This document shows positions 37,791-51,742 of a stretch of DNA of 64,000 nucleotides, piece by piece. Position numbers and translations under genes: made by a program. Under the pieces are notes generated by a model. The model was not told where the DNA came from and searched no databases. It was given only the letters and a program-made list of their open reading frames with translations. This DNA comes from Octopus vulgaris (Eukaryota). The DNA lies in the NCBI GenBank assembly GCA_951406725.2, contig OX597817.1, positions 123,752,001 to 123,816,000 of the forward strand. The letters are read 5' to 3'. Position 1 is the first letter of the stretch. Every line of letters begins with the position of its first letter.

Positions 37791-39074
37791 AAATACCTCA
37801 TTTACATGCAGACCTGAACACCTTTCATTAATGATACACACCCTCCATTATCATGGCCTTAAAAAATCTCCTCGGCTGATTACGAGAACTCAATTGTTGT
37901 TTTGGTTGTTCTTATTGTTGTTGTTATTATTGTGGTGGTAGTGGTTGTGTCAAAAAGAATTTGACCATAAGGACGGTGCTTTGGTCAAGTTTATTTCTGT
38001 AATTAGCATTCCATTTAAAATCTGGTTTTCCATCAAAAATGTTGCTCCATAGTCACCATAAGAACTTAGCATCTTTTAACAGTGCCTGACAGAGATGCTA
38101 CACATCACAAAGAAATATACTCATTACAACATAACACTTAGTAATAGATTTAATTTATTATGCTCTCAGCAAATGTCAAGTTTCATTATATTTGAAAATT
38201 TCTATGGTATAATCCACTGTACAGAACACATTTTCTAACCAGGGCACCTGTGTGTGGTTGCTCAATCTGTTTTAGATATCACAGTTAAATTTCTCTCTCA
38301 TGTCACTCCTTAATTTGTTAGATAAGGGAGGAAACATAAGATAATACTGGCTTAATGCGTTATATCTAGATGAAGAGAAGTTGTTCACAACTGGAATAGC
38401 ATTAAATATAGGTTTTCTTCATAAGAAATAACCCTGGGCCACTACCACTTTTCAAATTGTGGAAACTTTTGACAAGAATGAATGAGTGAGTATCTAAGAC
38501 ATAACTATAGCTATGGTATTCATACTACAATTAGAATCATTAAAAGTGTTATATTTACATTGCAAAGCTTTAATCCATATTATGTCGTAAATACAAACAT
38601 TTGAACAAGTTGCTATATAAAAGTAATAAGCCTAATTAATAATTTCTGAGTTTTACATTTTTCTTTTTTTATGGTTTAGTAAATAAAAGATGTGCAGAGT
38701 CATTAATCACCCTCTTTTTTCAAACAACCGTAGCATAGAAGGAATAAGTTTGTATTCTTGGTTGAATCACAATTAGGTTTTACAATGTAATAGTGAAAGT
38801 TTATTTCAATTTGGACCTTTTTTTCTTTTTGCATAAAATAGCTATTGTTTAATTAATGACAAGCTGTCACAAGTACAAATATTAAAATTAAGCTATCCTC
38901 TAACGTCTTGAGCTATTAACGACTTGGTTATAAGCAGATGGTCTCTGCTGCTGACTGGGGAATGAAGCTAGGGGACAGCTTTACAAAGAGCTCTAAACCT
39001 GGTGAGACAGAGAGGGAAGTTATTTTCTGACCAGAAACCTCACCCCCATGCTGCAATGAAATGAATTCCTTTAA

Positions 39075-39295
39075 CCCTTTCGTTACCAACCTGACTGAAA
39101 CCGCTTCTGGCTCTGTAGTACAAATATCTTGTTTTCATCAGTTCTGAATTAAAATCTTCCACCAAACCTTAGTCACAATTTATGTTCCTAACACTAGCTT
39201 AATGATAACTAAGTTACTTCACTAAATTCTTTGTTATATTTAACATAACTGAAAGAAACACAGAGCATATCAAAATAAATATGGTAACAAAAGGG
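39075..39295. mobile_element. piggyBac-type MITE
   Basis: TTAA TSD on both sides; 13-bp TIRs CCCTTTCGTTACC / GGTAACAAAAGGG (one mismatch). Confidence 0.85.
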
Positions 39296-41437
39296 TTAAG
39301 GGCAGTGGTATTAAACCAGACAAGGGATTAAATTTATGACCCAAGAACAGGAATGGACCCCACAATAGGATCTACTCAATTTCCATATAGTAAGTTTTAC
39401 TTAAAGTCTTTCATTGAGCTTAAGCTATGGAAGAAGGTACTCAAAAGCACCCAATTGTAAAAAGAACTCTCTAAGAAACCAGTCAGCAGAGTCATTAGAG
39501 TGGAAGATAGAATGTCTCTCAGTATTTCTTTTGACTCTCTGCATTCTAAGTTAATCTCTCAGCCTTATCAGTTAAAATCCTGCCAAGGTCAGCATTGTTG
39601 TTCATCCTTTTGGTATCAATAAAAAAAGTTGCAATGTATAGGATGATGAACTGGTTGCACTATGAGAATGTTTGGCTGAATACATTATAGTAATTATTCT
39701 AATTCTGGTTTCTGAGTTCAAATCCTGTAATAGCCTGCTCAAATGGTTGACTTAATCTGGTATCTGGTTTAACTCCACAACCTGATATTTTAGGTGCTTT
39801 TAGCAAAGTCCAGATTATTGCAAGCATTTTGACTAAGTCTCCAGTTTGAGAAAACTTTCCACCCTTGCTCCTACCAGATGTGCAGGACCAGTAAAAGTTA
39901 AAGCAAATGCTTTCCCACCTGACCATTAAAAAAGCAAAAATCATACATCCGTTGGCACAAGGTACTGCAGTTATGAGGAATGCACAGATGTTGTTGCAGG
40001 ATGCTTCCATGACAAACATGTTGTCATCTCAAATGAACTCTTCATGAACAAACTGTTTGTTGCTGGATTTGTTCATTATATGTTACAGTTTTTCTCTTCC
40101 TAAACAAAGATCTACTTTTAAAATAAAATTAATGCTATAGGTCGATCTACAAATTTAAAAAAGCATAAAAATGTTATTTCTTTAAATTCTTTAATTCTTT
40201 AAGGTGTTTCAGCTTTAACACTGGTCATGCTGGGGCACCACCATTGTTAAGTAATATTTAAATCTTTTCACTATGTACAGTTTGTATATCATTCATGTTA
40301 GCTGCTAATTCAAGTTAAATGATTCCATTCGCTGAAACCTCAAAGAAAGGAAATTACAATAAAACATACCATTTTGTTTAGCATTTTTATGGATATTTAC
40401 TGCTTTGATTGTTAATGGATGAAAGGCAAAGTAAGCATTAGTAATATTTGAATAGAAATGTAAAGGGACATTGAATAGGCATCTCTGTCATGTATATTAT
40501 CCACCATCTTAAATCAATTAATTAATTAATAATTACTAATTTCTCACTCAGGCAAAATTTGAACAAATTTTGTGAGAGAGGTGTAGTCGATGAGATAAGC
40601 CCCAGTGGGATTTAAATTCAGAATATAAATGGAAATACCGAAATACTAAAAGGCATTCAGTCCATTGCTGTATCATTTCTAGCATCTACTATCTTAATAC
40701 AATTAACACAGTGTCCTTTGGGAAATCCAGGTGTTATAAACACTTGCAATATTCCCGAAAGTGACTGAAATATAAATAAAACTTAGAGAAGAGTATTCTT
40801 GTGTTATTAATTTTCTTAAGGATAAATTTACTCTCAATGTTGCAATTAATGGTTTGGAATAAATTGTACAGTGTTTATGGTAATCATATGTGTTGATGGA
40901 ATAAAACGAGTCTCCGTATGCTGTTGGCAAGGTGGTTGAATAGTGGACTTGACTGAAACAGTAAATTTATTTCTAACATTCGCAGAAAGCCATAAATTTT
41001 TCAGGGAAATGCACAGTCGATTAATTTGACCTCGGTAGATAGTTGGATTAAATAATCATCAGCATCAACGTTGTCGTCATCATCATCACAATCATCATCG
41101 TCATCATCATCGTCATTGTTGTTGTCATTTTAACATCTATTTTTCAATCCTTGAATGGTTGAAACAGATTTCATGGAGGCAGATTCTCTACAGCTAAATG
41201 CTTTTCTTGTCACTGACCATCATTAGTTTCCTAACAAGATAATATTTCCCCATGAATGGGCATATTTGTATGGAAGACAGGAAAGAAAAAAGACATTTTA
41301 CATGAAGATGAAACTCTTTTACATTCATGTAATATCAAGACAAGGGGGCATAGGTATGTTCATGCACATACATATACCACCCCAGCCTTAATATACATAT
41401 ATGTATGTATGTATATGTATATGTATATATGTATATA

Positions 41438-41790
41438 CATCATCATCATCTAATGTTTGTTGTCCATGCAGGCATGAGTTGTACGGTTTGACTGGGGCTG
41501 ACAAGTTGGCAAGCTGCACCTAGCTCCAGTCTGATTTGGCATGGTTTCTACCGCTGGATGCCCTTCCTAATGCCAACCACTCTGAGAGTGTAACGGGTGC
41601 TTTTAACATGTCACTGGCACAGGTGTTAGTTGTGTGATGCCAGTAACTGTCATGGCTGGGATTTTGCTTGGCTTGACGGGTCTTCTTCTCAAGCATGACA
41701 TAATACCAAAGGTCCCTGTCATTGCCTCCGTGAGGCCCAACACTTTTAAGGAGCTCAGCAACTTTGCCTCCGTGAGGCCCAATGCATGTG
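41438..41790 (-). mobile_element. RTE 3'-UTR-type repeat with (GAT)n tail
   Basis: (CAT)n..CCATGCAGGCATG..CTGGATGCCCTTCCTAATGCCAACCACTCTG; related copies at ~43100-43250(+), 47140-47650, 47905-48020(+), 52295-52560(+), 63220-63690(-). Confidence 0.75.
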
Positions 41791-42265
41791 GTCTCAGGGA
41801 GTAGTGTCCCTGCCTTCCTGAGCTAGCTTTCCACCATATTTCTTAAAAATCATGGTAGATGCCTTGATCTTGGGACCACTCATGCCTAGAAACTAAGGTT
41901 GAGGGTAAACAAGGACATGCTCCCCATAGAAAATCCAGCTCCAAACAAGTCTCATCATAGCAAAGGAGAATGGGCACCAGCCAGCCCAATGGTTTAGGTT
42001 GGTTGCACCTGCCTACCTCATTTGTTATGGCATTGAGGTAGATCCGGCCACCACCATTAATGGGGACAAAACCCACTGGATGATGGTGATAATGATGATA
42101 TACAGGCAATTGATGAGAGCCAAAATATACTCAGTGTGTGCTCAAAAAAATCTGAACTTAACCTAAATTCCTTTTCCAGATGCAAGATCCATGGTGTCAA
42201 GAGTTGCTATAAGAGAAATCCAGATGAGCTCATATGAAGATAGTAAAACAAATAAACACAATTAG

Positions 42266-42320
<55 letters not shown>

Positions 42321-42778
42321 GCACACATGCATAAACACACACACACACGCATAAACACACATATTTACACAAGGCAAAGAAATACAGAACAACATGAACA
42401 AAATACATAATTTCTTAACCCAACTGGCCACAGCTGGAATGCCTTTGAACATATGTTGGCTCAGCTAAGCTTAATCAGAGTCTAAACAACAACAAGCTTA
42501 TCATCATCTTAATGTTTATAATTTTTTTAATGATATACTCTATTTTCTAGCTTACAAGCCAACATAGTAAATCTCATAAGCATGTAATGTAAACGTTCAA
42601 ACTTTGTCTCTATCTTTTCTAATTCTGCTGCATTTCACAGGAAATTTTTCTTCCTCCAAAGTTGTCTTATATAATCCGACCTACCTTTTACAGCTGCAAA
42701 TTTTGATTTGCAAACTTTGACTGGAATGCCAGAAAGTTTGATAATATTGATACATAATTCTGTAATATAATATTACTA

Positions 42779-43030
42779 CCCTTCTGATGGTCAATCTATG
42801 TCATGGTGGAGGGGCTTGCATGGAGCAATGACTCTGAGAGCGATGTCATTGAGAGTTCTGAACTGCTCTGTAAGGTCACTCTTGGCAGCAAGGTCAAAGG
42901 CAAGAACCCAAACTAAGTACGACCAACTCACAAAGTTTCCAATGGTGGAACATGCAGATGATGACTAAAACAGATCTCAAAAAGCCTGAACCGGTGGATG
43001 AAGAGGACTATGCATGACAGACATGCTACA
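42779..43030 (+). mobile_element. RTE 5' UTR remnant beginning with an HDV-like fold
   Basis: TGTCATGGTGGAGGGGCTTGCATGGAGCAATGAC..GGTCACTC..AAGGTCAAAGG resembles RTE/BovB-type 5' UTRs (recalled consensus CTTGTCGTGGYGRAGGGGCTTG..CAATGA). Confidence 0.6.
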
Positions 43031-43210
43031 GAAGACACCACTCAAAACTACCACTGGGTCAGTGGCGGTCCATTGCAGTCCAATGCCGTTCCATAACTGG
43101 ATGAGATTAGAACCTGGTGCAGCTCTCCAGCTTACCAGCTTTTAGTCAAACCATCCAACCCATGCCAGCATGGAAAGTGAACGTTAAATGATGACGATGA
43201 TGATGATGAC

Positions 43211-43249
<39 letters not shown>

Positions 43250-44087
43250 CCTACATGTCCCATTCTATATGTGTTGCAGAAGCAGAGAACGTTTATGAAA
43301 TCAAACATGTGGGTCACAACCTGGCAAGTTGATGTCCACCTTAAACAAATCCATGCCACTGGAACTTCTACTCCGACTACAACAGCAACAATGACGATAG
43401 CAGTGCTCCAAGGGTTTTGAACCTATGTAGAGATAAATGATTTCTAAGTAATATTTGGCATGTTCATTCTACAAGAGTAATAAAATTTTTTTAAATAATA
43501 ACAAAAAATGTTACTCAAATACTTAAATATATCTTAATTGCATTTAAGCAAATTATCTGATTGGGAAAATGCAAGCAATTTTTTCATTAATTTACACAGG
43601 CAACTCAATTTAACTTGAGAAGTAGAAAGTACTACACATTCACAAGAAGTATTTTAAAAATCTTAAATTTAATATTATTTAATTTAAATTTCTTATTTTT
43701 AAAAATGATTTTAGCTACCTGAGCCATAGAGGTTTTTGGGGTGGAGGGTGAGTAATTTAACTTGAAATTTTGAATTCATTACACTTGATGAATATTTACA
43801 GAACGTTAATACTTAATTAGAATTTTTAAAATAATAAAGATTTCTTTCCAAAGTTTAGAAATAATAAATAATAAATGCTTTATTAAAAACAGTAATGTTT
43901 CATTACACAGTTTCCTGTTATTTGTAAATACATATATAAATATATGGTTCATTAAAAGTGTAATTAAAAAAAAATATGCCTTTCAATTAAAGAACTTTGA
44001 TATGGATCAAAAACGTTCATTAAATTAATTTTGTATGTCATTAAAAAAATACGCCAAATATATTTTGTTAGTATATTCAAGTGTGTG

Positions 44088-44141
<54 letters not shown>

Positions 44142-44451
44142 CGTGTGTAATATTACATATGCATACAGTTGCATCTATTTAAAATTTCTATCAATTTGTG
44201 CCAAATGCAGTTTCTACATAAAGAAATTATATATGCAAACATATATGTGAGTGTAAATACACATGTAGCTATATACATACATTCAAGGGACCAACCAACA
44301 TGCAAGATATATGTTACAAGCCCCAAAATAGCACCTTATATTTTGCTTCTTGTTTTAAAATTTGTACTGACTTTGAATTTATATTAAAAGTTTGATTTGA
44401 CTATTGAGTGAAATTTGGCTGGTAGAAATTATATGGAAAACAAACAGATTG

Positions 44452-44485
<34 letters not shown>

Positions 44486-45966
44486 TGTGTGTGTGTGTCA
44501 GCATGTGCACATGTGCATGCGTGCACATGTATGTGTGTGCATGTGTGTGAAATGGGTGCAGTGTGAAAAAATATCAAATTTTCTCTGAGTTGTGTTCTTT
44601 TCATCTGGCCCACTTTATACCCCTTACAAGATAGCTTACTAAGATTGATATAATTGATTAACTTCTTTGAAAATGGTAACCCAGCTTATTTGCAACCCAA
44701 TGACTAAAACTTATAAAAGAGTATGTATATTGCAAACATTTCAGTAGTGTTATTGTTTGCTTCTGTTATACTGGGATTTGTTCAATTTTATTCTGATGGG
44801 AGCCGCCTAATGTGTTTCTCTGTTCTCATAGTTCACAATGTCTGGAATTTTTCTTTCTCACAATTTCTACAATATTTTTCAGTATTTATATATAGGATGC
44901 ACCAGAAAACCAAGGAAAAAAAACACAAAGGAAAAAGTAACTAAGATACCAAATAGGAAAACAACAACATACTCCCAGGTTAATGTCACAGACTTTCAAA
45001 TAGTTACATCAAAACAAAAACAAAAAGATGTCATTCAACAAACATTTTCTTAACTCCAATAATAATCCTGATGAGACCACAAAAGCGACTGCATGTCAGG
45101 ATTTGTTGACCCTTGCCAATTTCACCAATCTCAGCAGCCTCCTCTGAACATTTCCCCACTCCAACAATTCTCTTGATGTAGCAGTTCTGAGGGCTAAAAT
45201 CAATAGAGGTAGGAGGTCACATGATGTTGGAGGCACAAGAAAAGATTTCTCCTAGGGCTTACCAAACATTAACACACCTCTCCTCATCACATGCAAATTG
45301 TACTTGATTTTCTTATGAACCATATATTTGATAGTAGACTCTGTTGCCTTGAGTTGCTCAGAGATGACCATCATCCACCTGGAGTTCTTACTGATAATGT
45401 GTTTGATTGTTTGATGAACATGGCAGCACTAATGACATCTGACTGATGGATTACACATCACTGCAAAAGACCATCAGTACTTGCCCACACTGGACATAAA
45501 GATCTCAGATATTTCAAGAAACTGGCATTTCTGAGTCAATGTGGTTACAGTAAAGACTGCAAGCACAGTAAACCATTCAATTTCTTCATCTCATTGGAAA
45601 CTGCTATGTTGAAACTGCTGGAATGTCTAAAAGTAATGAGGAAGCTAAAATTTGAAGCATGCTGTATAACATTAAGTTAGTTTGGTGTCCTTTTATGACT
45701 TGCCAAATTATCTTGAAAATATCTGGAGTACTCTGCACTGTTTTTCCAGTGTATCTAGAAGGTTCCATAATCAACGGGTAATTTTAGGATAAATTAGAAA
45801 TGGATTTGTTTTTCATGCAGCTTTTCTTAATTACCATTTTGCTGATGTCATTATAAAATCTATGATAATTCAGTTGCTTATACAAACACGCATATATGCA
45901 AGCATTCATACATACACAGAAATGGATGTCCACACACATACATGCAAGTATGTGTGTGTGCATACA

Positions 45967-46027
<61 letters not shown>

Positions 46028-46160
46028 TCAGCAAAAACTGGACATTTGCATTTGCTGCAATATTTGCAGCTTCAAATAAAATTGTTCTTAGTATGAAACA
46101 ATTGTACTAAACTACTAATCCATTCTTGTTGCTTTTTTCTTGGTTATATATGTATATATA

Positions 46161-46570
46161 TATAAATATATAAAAGAAAATCTAGGAAATGGAGATATAG
46201 CATTCATATAACTTATCTGCAAAAATTCAACATTTTCTCTTACAGCTGTTTCAATTTAGCCTAAAAGATTAAATTACAATAACTAAATAATTATATTAGA
46301 CAAAATCTCATCAGAGGAGTGAAAAAGATATACCATTAGGTTATTAGGTGCTATTATGTCAGCAGTCTGTTGAGATGATTCAAAAATACAGCACCTAATA
46401 ACCAAATCGTATATCTTTTCTGACCCTCTTATGTGATTTTGCCAAATATAATGATTTAATTATTGTAATTTAATCTTTTAGGCTGTAAGAGAATATGTTG
46501 GATTTTTGCAGATAATAAATTATATTTATGCTATATCGCTATTTTCTAAGTTTTCTTTTGAATATTTATA
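46161..46570. mobile_element. Older (TA)n-adjacent foldback element with hammerhead core on the minus strand
   Basis: Inverted arms ~46161-46352 / 46390-46570; minus strand 46317-46237 reads CTGATGA...GAAACAGCTGTA-AGAG. Confidence 0.7.
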
Positions 46571-46719
46571 AATCAAGATTTATATTTAGACCTATTATTT
46601 TAGGAATATTACTATTCACAAAAAATACTAGTCAATGAACCAGTAATTCATTGGATATTAATCTCCTTTAATGAGGCTATTTCAACCTCTAACTGAATAT
46701 ATATATATATATATATATA

Positions 46720-47117
<398 letters not shown>

Positions 47118-47769
47118 TATAAATTAACATTATCATGAATATTTAACGTTCATTTTCCAAGCTGTCATGGGTTAGTCTGTTTCACTGGAACTGGCATAGC
47201 CAGAGGATGAAAGCCTAGTTATGGCCAATGTTGGTGTCATGTAACTGGCACCCATACTGGTGGCACATAAAAAGCACCTTTTGAGCATTGGACCTTGATG
47301 TGGCCAATGCTGGTGACACATAAAAAAAGCTCTTTTCGAATATTGGGCCTCATGGAAGCAATGATGAATGACTGAGACCTTTGGCATTAGACTGTGCCTC
47401 AGAAGAAGAACCATCAAGCCAAGTAAAATCACAGTCATGGCAGATACCAATGTCATGCGAAAAGCACCTGTGCCGGTGGTATGTGAAGACACCCATTACA
47501 CTCTCTGAGTGGTTGGTGTTAGGAAGGGCATTCAACCATAGAAACTATGCCAAATAAAACTGGAGTCTGGTGCAGTCCTTCAGCTTGCTAGCCCTTGTCA
47601 AACCGTCCAACCCAAGCCAGCATGGACAATGGCTGTTAAATGATGGTGATAATGATATATATATGTATATTTACATGTATGTATATATATATATATATAT
47701 ACATGTGTGTAAATAAATATATCCACACATATATGTACGTATATATATATATATATACTCATGCACATG

Positions 47770-47819
<50 letters not shown>

Positions 47820-47865
47820 CATACATACATACATACATACAAACATACATACATACATACATACA

Positions 47866-47901
<36 letters not shown>

Positions 47902-48135
47902 TATTGTGTTAGGAAGGGCATCCAGGCTGTAGAAACCAAATTAGAACAGACTATTGAACCTGGTGCAGCTCCTGGCTTTGCCAGTTCCAGCCAAACAGTC
48001 CAAGCCATGCCAGCTAACGACAATGGTCCATATGTAGTACTTGAACTAACAATGAGTTGTTAGGCCCTGGTAACTTCTCTCATTGGGTAATTCCATGGGC
48101 TTTGTTCTGGAGTGCATGTATTCTGTAGAGTAATT

Positions 48136-48183
48136 TAGATAGACAGATAGAGAGATAGATAGACAGATAGATAGATAAATAGA

Positions 48184-48215
<32 letters not shown>

Positions 48216-48224
48216 GAGACAGGC

Positions 48225-48259
<35 letters not shown>

Positions 48260-48268
48260 CAGACAGGC

Positions 48269-48330
<62 letters not shown>

Positions 48331-48959
48331 GCAGATAGATAGATAGATACATAACTTTTTTATTATGGCCACACAGGGCTAAACACAGAATAAAAATGGA
48401 CGAAATACAATGTAGAGTTTTTTCTTTTCGAGGTGGGATGGGTGGGACACAAAGAAAAAAACGTTCGATCAATAGGGATCTGTGGGTTGTGTGGTGTGTA
48501 AAAATATAATATATATATATATAAATAAATTTCACAGTTTACGTGTAGCCCTGGAAAGAAAAACCTACAAAAAAGACCAAGGTCACCTCAGACAGTTCGA
48601 AAATGAACACATGAGTAAGTCACCTTACCTCTCGTTGTCTCTTTTGGTTACAGATTTACGCTTAAAATAGTGTCGTCTTTCATACTGACCATTTTTGCCA
48701 CTTTTACCCACTTTTTATTAAAACATTCGTTCGACAAAGCCTTCCTCTCTATTCTCATCCTCCTTTTCAAATGGTACTTGAAAAAGTTGACGAGAGACTG
48801 ACCAGAGAGGAAGGTGTTTGTTTGCAGTCCTTTCAATCAGATAGATAGATAGATTGATAGATAGACAGGCAGACAGATAGATAGATAGACTGATAGATAG
48901 ATACATATATAAATAGGTAGGTAGACAGATAGACAGAAGACAGACAGACAGACAGACAA

Positions 48960-49039
<80 letters not shown>

Positions 49040-49055
49040 GATAGATAGGTAGATA
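48136..49055. repeat. (GATA)n/(GACA)n microsatellite split by an insertion
   Basis: Arrays at 48136-48348 and 48839-49055 in the same orientation. Confidence 0.95.
48351..48838 (-). mobile_element. 5'-truncated Tx1/L1-like retrotransposon 3' end inside (GATA)n
   Basis: Open frame ...[35 protein letters not shown] (48836-48648) resembles Tx1-type ORF2 C-termini; ~300 bp 3' UTR ending AATAAAAAAG at the array. Family assignment is from recalled similarity. Confidence 0.6.
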
Positions 49056-50156
49056 TGGAGAAATTTCTAACCTTGTTCCTTTTATTTTCATTTAAAATAT
49101 TTATGTAAGTGCTTTCATAGAGACTGAGCGCCATAGACAGTGAAAAATACATACACTAAGGAATATCTAGAAGTAACAGGTACAAGGACACAGGTAACAG
49201 AGGACCTAGTCGATACAGCCTCTTTTCTCTGCAGAACTAGACTTTGCTCATTTAGCTAAGCTATTTAATATTGAAAAATATACAGAAACTATTAGATAAG
49301 GTAGTCTACAGATAAAACAGAGATAAAACAAGGTGTGATAGTTAAGGACAAAATGTCTTTGATCAAAAATCTGCTAAATGAGGTGCTTATTTGAAGTTAA
49401 ACAACAATAATATCATTTTTCCTTAATTAAATCGTTAAGGCAAATTTTACACAGAATTATTCATCTGTCATCAATCATGCATTAAGCAATTTTAATATTG
49501 TTATTGAAAAAATTTTTATGTATTTAATGATAAACATTTTAGGTTTGATTTAACTCCAGAGAAGGAAATTAAATTTATTAAATCACAACTTTTGTAACAC
49601 TATTCCTAAAAATATTGTCTTGAGATGCAAATCTTTGGTCATAGACTTATTCAGTTTAGTTCAACCTGGTACCAAATACTAACACCACCACCAACACCAA
49701 TATCAACAACAGCAACAATATTACCACTGCCACTACCATCATCACCATCATCATTATTATCATAGTTTTAATGTTTTGCTTTTCCTTACTCGCATGGTTC
49801 AGATGAGATAGCTTTGGGACAGAATTTTCTTTAGCTGGAAACCCTTCCTGTTGCTAGTTCCCACTAGTCTTCAAGTGAGATAAAAATCTCTCAATCTGTT
49901 GAATAACAAGTAGTCTGGACATCTTCATGCTGAGAACTGGACAGAAATGGCATTGTCTGAATAAGTTTTGCATTTACAAAGATCATGCAACATGTTAAAT
50001 TATGCCAAGAAACCCGAACATATTTTCACAGCAGACTTCAAACAATTGACCCACGACAGCCAGGCTATTGAGTACAATGAGAAGACATGTGTAACACTGA
50101 AGAAAATGCAAACTCACCCGCCTGATCAGACCCATGCACACACACATATACACGCA

Positions 50157-50584
50157 TACTCTTTTTACTTGTTTCAGTCATTTGACTGTGGCCATGCTGG
50201 AGCACCACCTTTAATCGAGCAACTTGACCCCGGGACTTATTCTTTTGTAAGCCCAGTACTTGTTCTATCGGTCTCTTTTGCCGAACCGCTAAGTGACGGG
50301 GACGTAAACACACCAGCATCGGTTGTCAAGCAATGCTAGAGGGACAAACACAGACACACAAACATATACACACAAACATATACACACACACATACACATA
50401 CATATATATATACATATATATGACCGGCTTCTTTCAGTTTCTGTCTACCAAATCCACTCACAAGGCCTTGGTCGGCCCGAGGCTATAGTAGAAGACACTT
50501 GCCCAAGGTGCCACGCAGTGGGACTGAACCCAGAACCATGTGGCTGGTAAGCAAGCTACTTACCACACAGCAACTCCTGCGACT
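50157..50584 (-). mobile_element. SINE family A (a partial older copy follows at ~50600-50735)
   Basis: High identity to 12524-12928 and 58886-59319. Confidence 0.9.
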
Positions 50585-50859
50585 ATGCATGCACATACAC
50601 ATAGACAATGGTGTTCTTTCAGTTTCCATCAGGTAAATCCACTCACAAGGCTTTATGAAAAGGCACTTGCTCGAGGTATTATGCAATGGGGCTGAACCTT
50701 AATGTTCCCATATCGTTGGGAAGCAGATTTATTATATACGTGGCCATACCTGCACCAAACAATAAAGAAAGTAATAAACAAGAAGAACACTGCCTGAAAA
50801 AAAATTCAGTGTTTTTTTTATCTCAGCTGGTTTTTGTCAGTTTTTTTTTTTCTCTCAAA

Positions 50860-51742
50860 TTATTGGTTTCGAATTTTGGCAAAAGGCCAACAATTTTGAG
50901 GGAGAGGTAAGTTAATTACATCGACCCCCAGCTCTTAACTGGTACTTATTTTATCGACCAATAAGGCGACGAGCTGGCAGAAACATTAGCATGCCGGGCG
51001 AAATGCTTAGCGGTATTTCGTCTGCCGTTACGCTGTGAGTTCAAATTCCGCCAAGGTCGACTTTGCCTTTCATCCTTTTGGGGTTGATAAATTAAGTACC
51101 AGTTATGCACTGGGGTCGATCTAATCGACTTAATACCTATGTCTGTCCTTGTTTGTCCCCTCTGTGTTTAGCCCCTTGTGGGTAATAAAGAAATAGGTAC
51201 TTATTTTATCGACCATAAAAGGATGAAAGCCAAAGTCAACCTCGTCAGAATTTGAACTCAGAATGTAAAGTTGAGTTAAATGCAACTAAACATTTTCCCA
51301 GCATGCTAACAATTCTGCTAGTTCACCTGCTTAAGAGAATCAGATATATTGGTTTCAAATTTTGGCATCACAACTCCAGCAATTTTGAAGGAGGAGGTTA
51401 ATTTGATTACATCAACCTCAGTACTCAATGGTACTTATTTTATTGACTCTGACAGAATGAAAGTCAAAGTCAACCACAGTGAAATTTGTACTCAGAGCAT
51501 AAAAGACAGGTGAAATGCCACTGAGAATTTTTCCTGGCATGCTAACATTTCTTTTCTACTCTAGGCACAAGTCCTGGAATTTTGGGGGAGGGACCAGTCG
51601 ATTAGATTGACTCCAGTATGCAACTGGTACTTAATTTATTAACCCCAAAAGGATGAAAGGCAAAGTCGACCTCGGCAGAATTTGAACTCAGAATGTAATA
51701 CTGCTAAGCATTTTACCTGGTGTGTTAACATTTCTGGCAGCT
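50860..51742. mobile_element. Cluster of four SINE family B copies, one nested
   Basis: Plus-strand copy 50961-51195 sits inside a minus copy with a 20-bp TSD (50941-50960 / 51196-51215); more minus copies at ~51348-51547 and ~51553-51742. Confidence 0.85.

Noticed and set aside
39699-40019. Unique-looking 106 aa ORF as a host exon
   Set aside because: No recognisable motif or convincing splice sites; a small exon cannot be excluded without RNA data.
45440-45580. Possible Gypsy integrase remnant (LAHTGH...DCKHSK)
   Set aside because: Too short and broken to support a call.
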